20,000 nt of DNA from an uncultured virus (IMG/VR IMGVR_UViG_3300042477_000445) (taxonomy: Duplodnaviria; Heunggongvirae; Uroviricota; Caudoviricetes). The notes below the pieces were generated by a model that saw only the letters and a list, made by a program, of their open reading frames with translations, ran no database searches and was not told the DNA's origin. How positions within the stretch are numbered: position 1 is the stretch's first letter; each line of letters opens with the position of its first letter. Made by a program: the position numbers and the translations under genes. Positions 1-6,700 of the stretch are shown piece by piece. Where the stretch lies: positions 54,863 to 74,862 of the IMG/VR virus record IMGVR_UViG_3300042477_000445. One strand, written 5' to 3'.

Positions 1-69
1 CAAACATCCGAGTTACAAGCATCTGGACCAAATGGAGCAAATTGGTCTGGTTCGTTGGGAGTTGGATAG
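1..69 (+). CDS. 3' end of an upstream gene (partial, ...QTSELQASGPNGANWSGSLGVG*), probably virion-associated
   Basis: Frame 1 is open from base 1 to TAG at 67-69, just before the intergenic motif. Function is inferred from context only. Confidence 0.5.
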   Translation, partial: QTSELQASGPNGANWSGSLGVG

Positions 70-75
70 TATAAT

Positions 76-84
76 ACTATTTAT
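76..84 (+). promoter_or_regulatory. ACTATTTAT motif, candidate phage late promoter for the scaffold-capsid operon
   Basis: Same 9-mer recurs ahead of gene starts at 3847, 8768 and 11876, and as an 8-mer at 9223. Followed by GGAG SD (97-100) and ATG 109. Confidence 0.6.
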
Positions 85-108
85 TATACAATAAGTGGAG
101 AAACATAT

Positions 109-1917
109 ATGAGTTCAATGTTAGAGCAAGCAATTCTAGATGCTAAAGAATTAAAAGAAGCAGCAATTAAAAACGCCCAACAGTCCATTATCGAGAAATA
201 CTCTAATGAATTTGAAGGTGAGATAGAAAAACTACTAGAACAAGCCGCTGCTCCAGCTGATCCCGCTGCGGCTGCTCCCGCTGCTGATCCAATGGCCGGT
301 CTTGGTGCTGCTCCTGCGGCTGCTCCTATGCCCGGTATGACCATGCCAGGATCTGCTCCTGTTGATCCAGAAAAAGCAAAGTCAGACTCAGATAATAAAT
401 CTTCAATGTTTGATAAACTAAATTATGCTTTTAAAGACGGAGAAGTAATTGAAGATAAAATTTTCCCAACAGGACTTGTTGAGGTAGATTTAGATTCTTT
501 GTCAGAATTTAGTTTTGAAGATAATAAAAAAACACCAGAACAAATGGCGTTACAAGAACTTAAAAACCTTTCTCTTAGAGAGCAGATTGAAGAAGAAATG
601 AATGATGACGATGATTATGATTTCGATTCAGATTCTTTTCCATATGAAGACTCAGAAGAAGAAGATGATGAGAATGAAGAAGAATCAGAAGAAGACGAAG
701 AACTAGACGACGAAGAATTCGAAGATGAAGACGAATTAGAAATGGACGATGAAGATTTTGAAGATAAAGATATGGAATCCGATTCGGATGAATTAGCAGA
801 TTTACAAGATTATAATGATGAAGGTAGTGTTGACCTAGAAGACGAAGAATCCGATATGGACATTGATATTGAAGACGAAGAGTTTACAGACGACGAAGAT
901 ATGGAAGATGAAGATCTTTATGGCACAGAAGACGATGTAGGATTCCACGTTGATTACGATACAGACGAAGAGGATGAAGAATCCGAAGAAGACTATAATC
1001 CAGACGCTGACGTAGAAGATTTTGAAGATGAAGAGTCAGAAGAAGATGTAGACGAAGAAGAAGAGGACTCCGAGGAAGACGAAGAGGACGAAGAATATTA
1101 TTATGACGACGAAGAGGAAGATTCTGAGGAAGACGAAGAAGATTCCGAAGAGGACGATGAGGAAGAATCAGAGGACGAGGAAGAAGATTTAGATGAAGCA
1201 AGAGATTTAACAGATAAAGAAAAGTCTAAACTTGACGATATTATTTCAAGATTAGAGAGAGCCTCTAAGTCTATCGAAAAAGGTAGTGCAAAGAATATGG
1301 TTGATGCTTCTGCTCGTCAACTAAAAGATCTACTAGATTCTCTTAAGGGTTCGGATAAAGAAGAACTACAAGAAGCTATTAAACTTGATTGGAAGAGATC
1401 TGGTCAAAGATCTCCATTCACCGGTATGTTTAAAGAAGAGGCAGAGCATGATTACATGCTAGAGCAAGTTCAAGCACAAATTGAAGCATTAGAACAAGAA
1501 GTCGAAGAACTTCAAGAATCTAATAAAAAACTAAAAAGTGGTTTAAAAGAGTCAATTAATCTTGTTGAAAATTTAACTGATAAAGTTAAAAAATATGAAC
1601 AAAAATTGCACGAATCAAGATTATTGAATTATAAGCTACTATATACTAATAAGGCGCTATCAGATAGTTCCCTAAATGGACAGCAAAAAAATAAAATTGC
1701 TGAATCTATTGACGGTGCCAAGACAGCTGAAGAAGTAAAATTGCTTTATGAAACATTAAAAAGCACAATGCGGGATGGAACCAGTAGAAGTACACCCAAA
1801 TCATTGAGCGAGGCAGTTGAAAGACGTTCTTCTTCACTTTTGCTAAGAGGCTCTCGTGCGGAGCCTAAGAAGCAAGATGATTTTGCTGAACGTATGAAAC
1901 GGTTAGCAGGTTTATAA
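109..1917 (+). CDS. Prohead core/scaffolding protein (T4 gp22-like position) with long Asp/Glu-rich tract
   Basis: Directly upstream of the capsid gene. Coiled-coil N- and C-terminal parts, many [IL]-x-E motifs of the type cut by T4 gp21 protease, Ala/Pro linker, C-terminus FAERMKRLAGL. Confidence 0.75.
   Translation: MSSMLEQAILDAKELKEAAIKNAQQSIIEKYSNEFEGEIEKLLEQAAAPADPAAAAPAADPMAGLGAAPAAAPMPGMTMPGSAPVDPEKAKSDSDNKSSMFDKLNYAFKDGEVIEDKIFPTGLVEVDLDSLSEFSFEDNKKTPEQMALQELKNLSLREQIEEEMNDDDDYDFDSDSFPYEDSEEEDDENEEESEEDEELDDEEFEDEDELEMDDEDFEDKDMESDSDELADLQDYNDEGSVDLEDEESDMDIDIEDEEFTDDEDMEDEDLYGTEDDVGFHVDYDTDEEDEESEEDYNPDADVEDFEDEESEEDVDEEEEDSEEDEEDEEYYYDDEEEDSEEDEEDSEEDDEEESEDEEEDLDEARDLTDKEKSKLDDIISRLERASKSIEKGSAKNMVDASARQLKDLLDSLKGSDKEELQEAIKLDWKRSGQRSPFTGMFKEEAEHDYMLEQVQAQIEALEQEVEELQESNKKLKSGLKESINLVENLTDKVKKYEQKLHESRLLNYKLLYTNKALSDSSLNGQQKNKIAESIDGAKTAEEVKLLYETLKSTMRDGTSRSTPKSLSEAVERRSSSLLLRGSRAEPKKQDDFAERMKRLAGL
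586..1200 (+). repeat. Low-complexity GAA/GAC/GAT/GAG tract encoding ~200 aa of poly-Asp/Glu with imperfect EEEDSEEDEED repeats
   Basis: Read directly from sequence; only one Lys and one His in the tract. Confidence 0.9.
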
Positions 1918-1948
1918 TTAACTTAACTTTAACAAAGGAGAAAACACA

Positions 1949-3778
1949 ATGGCAAGTATAGTCGAAAGATTAACAGAAAATATTGTTGAAAGAAATCTCC
2001 TTCGTGAAGGCGCTGCCCTCTCAAAGAAATGGGAAAGAACAGGTCTTCTAGAAGGAATCGATAGTGAGATGACAAAGACAACCATGTCTCGTCTTCTCGA
2101 AAATCAAGCAAAGGAACTACTCCGCGAAGCTTCCACAATGTCCGCAGGTGACGTTGAAGGTTTCGCAGCAGTTGCATTCCCAATTGTTAGACGCGTATTC
2201 GGTGGTCTAATTGCAAATGAACTCGTTGCAGTTCAACCAATGAGCCTCCCAAGCGGTCTAATCTTCTTCCTTGATTTTACCTATAGCAATGACACAGGAA
2301 ACAAAACATTCGCTGGTGCAGTCGGTGGCCAATCTATTTACGGCGGTAACGTTGTAGCTAGCCAAATCACTGGTGGTGTTAGCTTAACTGGTGTTGATGC
2401 AAGTGGCGTACAAAACCTAGAAAAGAGCTTCTACTCTTTAAATAACGGTTTCTCAAGCGTAACTGGCTCAAGAGTGCTTAATCATTCTTGGAATTATGGC
2501 AACGCTGGTAAGGCTGGTGCATCTTCTACGGTTGTTGTTTACCAAACTTCCAGCTGGACAGACGTTGGTCTATCAACTGCTACAGGTAGTTCATTAACTG
2601 GCTCAACAGATGCAGCGTTCGTCGCATACGATCCAGATGTTCTTGCAGACACTTCTGCTTTAACATACCAAAAATTAAGACTATTCTTTGATTTGGGAAC
2701 TTGGAATCAACTAGATAGAAATAATCTAGTAGCAATCAACATTACTGGTTCAACAATTTCTGGTTCATTGGTTAGAAGACTAACTAAATTGGGTCCAGTA
2801 AGCCAATCTTTAGATGTAGTTGTTAAAACAGATGCTGGTGCTCCAATTTCAGAAGTTGGTGTTGCCCCATCTATTGCATCAACAACTTTTGCAATTAGGG
2901 ATACATTAACAACTGGTAATTCTATAGGTTCTGTTCTTACCGATCTATATGGTCTAGAAGGCGCTGGATCTGGTTCAACATTGAATGGTCAGGATATTCC
3001 TGGGGCTAACTTTACAATTCCAGAGATTGACATCAAAGTTGATAGCATCGCTGTAACAGCTCAAACCAAGAAACTCAAGGCCAAGTGGTCACCAGAATTA
3101 GGTCAAGACCTAAATGCTTACCATAATCTTGACGCCGAAGTTGAGTTAACAAGCATCCTCTCCGAGCACGTTGCTCTTGAAATCGATCAAGAAATCCTCA
3201 ACGATCTCGTTAAGGGTGCAACAGCTGGTACTAAGTACTGGAGCCGTAGACCAGGTAAGTTTGTCAACCGTGACACAGGTGCAAGCATCACATCAGTTGG
3301 TGCCCCACCAGACTTCACAGGTAATGTCAGCATGTGGTATGAAACACTCATTGAAACAATCAATGACGTTTCTGCTCAAATCCACAGAAAGACAAGACGT
3401 GGTGGTGCAAACTTCCTCGTAACTTCACCAGAAGTTGCTAACCTCCTAGAGTTCACCTCTGGTTTCCGCGCTGATGTCAGCATGGAAGACCTAAAGGGCG
3501 GTTCAGTTGGCGCAGTCAAGGCTGGTAGCCTCAGCAAGAAGTTTGATCTTTATGTTGATCCATATTTCCCACGCAACCTAATCCTAGTTGGTCGTAGAGG
3601 CAAGGCATTCCTCGAAAGCGGTTATGTCTACGCTCCATACGTCCCACTAATGATTACACCAACAATCTTCGGTACAGAAGACTTTGTACCAAGAAAGGGT
3701 CTAATGACTCGCTACGCCAAGAAGATGGTTCGTCCAGACATGTATGGCCTAGTAGTTTGCCAAGACCTAATTGGTTAA
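1949..3778 (+). CDS. gp23: Major capsid protein, T4 gp23 family
   Basis: Family motifs FPIVRRVF..LIANELVAVQPMSLPSGLIFFL, VTAQTKKLKAKWSPELGQDLNAYH.LDAE.EL..ILSE...EID.EI, YAPYVPL and PRKGLMTRY. AAGGAG SD at 1935-1940. Confidence 0.96.
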   Translation: MASIVERLTENIVERNLLREGAALSKKWERTGLLEGIDSEMTKTTMSRLLENQAKELLREASTMSAGDVEGFAAVAFPIVRRVFGGLIANELVAVQPMSLPSGLIFFLDFTYSNDTGNKTFAGAVGGQSIYGGNVVASQITGGVSLTGVDASGVQNLEKSFYSLNNGFSSVTGSRVLNHSWNYGNAGKAGASSTVVVYQTSSWTDVGLSTATGSSLTGSTDAAFVAYDPDVLADTSALTYQKLRLFFDLGTWNQLDRNNLVAINITGSTISGSLVRRLTKLGPVSQSLDVVVKTDAGAPISEVGVAPSIASTTFAIRDTLTTGNSIGSVLTDLYGLEGAGSGSTLNGQDIPGANFTIPEIDIKVDSIAVTAQTKKLKAKWSPELGQDLNAYHNLDAEVELTSILSEHVALEIDQEILNDLVKGATAGTKYWSRRPGKFVNRDTGASITSVGAPPDFTGNVSMWYETLIETINDVSAQIHRKTRRGGANFLVTSPEVANLLEFTSGFRADVSMEDLKGGSVGAVKAGSLSKKFDLYVDPYFPRNLILVGRRGKAFLESGYVYAPYVPLMITPTIFGTEDFVPRKGLMTRYAKKMVRPDMYGLVVCQDLIG

Positions 3779-3801
3779 TCAACTAAGGGTTAATTAAGCA
3801 G

Positions 3802-3834
3802 AACCCCTGTCAGGGAAACTTGACAGGGGTTTTG
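3802..3834 (+). terminator. Rho-independent terminator after the capsid gene
   Basis: AACCCCTGTCAGG-GAAA-CTTGACAGGGGTT: 13-bp stem (one G-U) with GNRA tetraloop, followed by a T-rich tail, about 23 nt after the stop codon. Confidence 0.9.
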
Positions 3835-3846
3835 TGTTTCTGATAA

Positions 3847-3855
3847 ACTATTTAT
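3847..3855 (+). promoter_or_regulatory. ACTATTTAT motif, candidate promoter for the envelope-protein cassette
   Basis: Lies just after the terminator and before AAGGAG (3859-3864) and ATG 3870. Confidence 0.6.
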
Positions 3856-3869
3856 CAAAAGGAGAAACT

Positions 3870-5741
3870 ATGAAAAAACTTTTATTATCTTTATTATTGT
3901 TGACTGCATGTGGCGACGATTTAGGTTGGGAACACAAAGAAACAAAACACGATTGTGCTGATGCAGTTGTTGGAGACAGCGGTGTTTGTAATTTATGTCA
4001 AGACGTAACGGAGACAAAAGATGAGCAATCTGGAACAGAAGAAGTTGTTAGCGATGTTGCTGACAGTACCCAAAGTGACGTTCTCGCTGACAGTGGGAGC
4101 GATGACGCTGACGTTTCTGTCCCTGATGGCGTTACAGGAACGGACACAGAAGATACGCAAGATGCACAAGATGTACCAGAAGATGTAACTCAGGACGTTG
4201 CTCCACCACCAGAATGTGTTACGGCGACCGATTGTGTCGTTATAGCTTTGCCTTGTGTGGCACCAGATTGCCAAGAAGGTAAGTGTGTTAAAGTTCCATT
4301 TGATACACCATGTTCCGATAATAATGAATGTACGGCAGGCGATCAATGCCAACTTGGTGTATGTGTTGCTGGTATTCAAATTAATTGTGACGATCTAGAA
4401 TCTTGCACATTAGATTCTTGCGAGGCAGATAAAGGTTGCGTACATTTGCCAGTTGATGCAACTTGTGTCGATGGAGATGGTTGCACCGCAGAAGATATTT
4501 GCAAAGATGGTAAATGTGTAGGCGGTAAACCATTTAATTGCGATGATGGAAATGTTTGCACAGATGATACTTGCGAGACATTTGGTAAGGATGAAATTCA
4601 TGTTTGTAATCATTTGCCAAATCAAGCGACTTGTACAGACAACGATGTTTGCACATTAGATGATGCCTGTGAGGGTGTTGTTTGCAAATCAAAAGCAGTT
4701 GCTATTTGTGATGATAATAATGTTTGTACAGACAATACTTGCGATCCAGCAAATGGTTGTGTTTATTTAGCAAATGTAGCAACTTGTACCGACAATGACG
4801 CTTGTACTGTGAATGATTTATGCTCCGAAACTGTTTGTAAATCTGGATTAGTATTAAGTTGTGCAGATAATAATGAATGTACAACTGATCTATGCAAGTC
4901 AGAATCAGGTTGTTATTTTGAGAATAACACAAATGTTTGTAGCGATAATAATGTTTGTAGCATTGACGATAAGTGTGAGGCAGGATCATGTATTGCTGGC
5001 GCTCAAAAGGTTTGTGATGACGCTAATCTTTGCACCGTTGATTCATGTGATGCTGTAAATGGATGTGCTTCCGTAAATGCTGTTGATGGTACAAAATGTG
5101 CTGAAGGCGTCTGTAAAGACGGCTCTTGTGCTTGTGTAAGCGGGTTTGGCTGTGCTTTGCCTGCCTTCGTATATACTGGCGATGTGACTGCTGGTATGTT
5201 AGGAGGAATGGGTGGTGGTGTCGGTCCAAAGATGGGTTGCCCTGCTACTGATGTTTTAATCGGTTTAGGTTTTGATTTCAGTAATGGTCAAAAAACAGCC
5301 ACTAGAACAACTGCCGTTTGTGGTAAAGTTACAATTGAACAAAATGGAACTGTCATAACAACTCAAACAACTACACAAAAATCAGGTGGTTCTGGATGTT
5401 TTGGTTGGGATCCTTCAACTCCAACTCCGCTTGTAGTTTGCAAGAGTGGTTGGGCTGTTGTTGGTATTAAAGGCAAAAAACCCGGAGGCACTCTATTCAA
5501 TTCTGTAAAAGTTGTTTGTGGTAAACTCGATGTTGCTGGCAAACCAACTGGCGAGACAGAAGTTTTAAATGTAGAAGGAACACTAGGCTCAGGTGTTGAT
5601 CAAGAAGTATTATGCCCAGAAAAAACAATTGCTCGTTATTTTGAGACAAGAGCTGGTTGTGGGCAAGATGCTTTGACTATGTATTGTGCTACTGCAACAC
5701 CAGATTGTACTGGTCAAGAATTAATTTGTAAGGATTTATAA
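3870..5741 (+). CDS. Cys-rich repeat lipoprotein: acidic linker, Dictyostelium/myxobacterial CTDC-type repeats, C-terminal beta-prism (jacalin/VMO-I-like) domain
   Basis: Start moved to ATG 3870 (SD AAGGAG). Signal MKKLLLSLLLLTA-C with lipobox LTAC; ten CxDxxxC[TS]xxxxC units; C-terminal three-fold repeat (CPATDVLIGL / CKSGWAVVGI / CPEKTIARYF). Confidence 0.8.
   Translation: MKKLLLSLLLLTACGDDLGWEHKETKHDCADAVVGDSGVCNLCQDVTETKDEQSGTEEVVSDVADSTQSDVLADSGSDDADVSVPDGVTGTDTEDTQDAQDVPEDVTQDVAPPPECVTATDCVVIALPCVAPDCQEGKCVKVPFDTPCSDNNECTAGDQCQLGVCVAGIQINCDDLESCTLDSCEADKGCVHLPVDATCVDGDGCTAEDICKDGKCVGGKPFNCDDGNVCTDDTCETFGKDEIHVCNHLPNQATCTDNDVCTLDDACEGVVCKSKAVAICDDNNVCTDNTCDPANGCVYLANVATCTDNDACTVNDLCSETVCKSGLVLSCADNNECTTDLCKSESGCYFENNTNVCSDNNVCSIDDKCEAGSCIAGAQKVCDDANLCTVDSCDAVNGCASVNAVDGTKCAEGVCKDGSCACVSGFGCALPAFVYTGDVTAGMLGGMGGGVGPKMGCPATDVLIGLGFDFSNGQKTATRTTAVCGKVTIEQNGTVITTQTTTQKSGGSGCFGWDPSTPTPLVVCKSGWAVVGIKGKKPGGTLFNSVKVVCGKLDVAGKPTGETEVLNVEGTLGSGVDQEVLCPEKTIARYFETRAGCGQDALTMYCATATPDCTGQELICKDL
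4311..5096 (+). repeat. Five tandem ~51-aa double units (A+B, 4 Cys each) of Cys-rich repeat
   Basis: Example: CTDNDVCTLDDACEGVVCKSKAVAI + CDDNNVCTDNTCDPANGCVYLANVAT. Units are diverged at DNA level. Confidence 0.9.
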
Positions 5742-5743
5742 CA

Positions 5744-6694
5744 ATGAAAAAACTGCTCTTAACTCTCTTTTTATTACTATTATCAAATACTGCCAATGCT
5801 TGGGAAGCAACAGTTGGGCTTGGTGGCTATGGTAGGATTTTTGACGAAAAGGATCAGTTAGGAGCAGTTTCAAAACATGAAAGTTTAATTCCAGAATTTT
5901 CAGGTGGGTTGGCATTGAATGGATCATTTCTGTTTGATGCCAGCCCTTCTTTTAGAATTGGTCCAGATTTAATGCTTGGATACGGCTGGTTGTCTGCCCA
6001 AGTAAATGAAAGGTTTGGAACAAGTTTGCAAAATCAAACTATTATTACCTCTCTAAATGTTCAGTATCAAATTTATGATTTTAGAGTTTCTGTAAAGCCC
6101 GGCTTTGTTGTCAATACTCTAACCGCTGGATACACAGATAAAATTGACTCTGACACAGGTTTCTCTTCGTCCTTAAGATTTTCAACGGATCTATTTTCAT
6201 CAGCAAGATTTTTTTTTGAGCCACAGGTTTTATTCTCTCCCTCTGTAGAATCAAAGAATTCTTTTGTTCCATCGTATAGTTTAACTTTGGGCTTTGAAAA
6301 AATCTTTTCGCCAAAGAAGGTTCCTGCTCCCGTTGTGGAGAAACCAGTAGAAGTAAAGCCAGCAGTGAAAACACCAGAACCAGTTGTTGAACCTATTAAA
6401 CTTCCAGAACCAGCAACCCCAGTTAAGCAACCAGATCCACCAGTTAAAGTTGAGGAAACTAAAGTAGAACCTCAATTAAATGTTGAGTCAAAAGGATACT
6501 TGGAAAACATATTAAAGGTTCATAAAGTATTAAAATCATCCATTAAAATAATTTATAGTGAAGATAAGATTCTTAAAGAAAAGGCAGAAAAATTAGCAAC
6601 TTGGTTTGCAGAGCGTGGAGTAAGTAAAGAAGATATTGTTCTAACAAACACGCTTGAAACAAAAGGCATAAGAATAGAAATTCTCAAAAAGTAG
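5744..6694 (+). CDS. OmpA-like outer-membrane protein: beta-barrel, Pro-rich linker, degenerate OmpA C-terminal domain
   Basis: Sec signal ending ANA|W; amphipathic strands ending YSLTLGFEKIF; P/V/E/K linker; KAEKLATWFAERGVSKEDI...GIRIEI resembles OmpA_C RA..V..YL...GI...R...NRRVEI. Confidence 0.7.
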   Translation: MKKLLLTLFLLLLSNTANAWEATVGLGGYGRIFDEKDQLGAVSKHESLIPEFSGGLALNGSFLFDASPSFRIGPDLMLGYGWLSAQVNERFGTSLQNQTIITSLNVQYQIYDFRVSVKPGFVVNTLTAGYTDKIDSDTGFSSSLRFSTDLFSSARFFFEPQVLFSPSVESKNSFVPSYSLTLGFEKIFSPKKVPAPVVEKPVEVKPAVKTPEPVVEPIKLPEPATPVKQPDPPVKVEETKVEPQLNVESKGYLENILKVHKVLKSSIKIIYSEDKILKEKAEKLATWFAERGVSKEDIVLTNTLETKGIRIEILKK

Positions 6695-6700
6695 GATAAT

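Noticed and set aside
3834..3869. Longer start for the Cys-rich lipoprotein given by the ORF track
   Set aside because: It begins in the terminator tail and spans the promoter motif. ATG 3870 has an AAGGAG SD and gives a clean signal peptide.
4311..5096. Possible CRISPR array or DGR-like repeats
   Set aside because: Repeats are conserved at protein level (Cys spacing) and degenerate in DNA. No identical direct repeats with spacers, no TR/VR pair and no reverse transcriptase.
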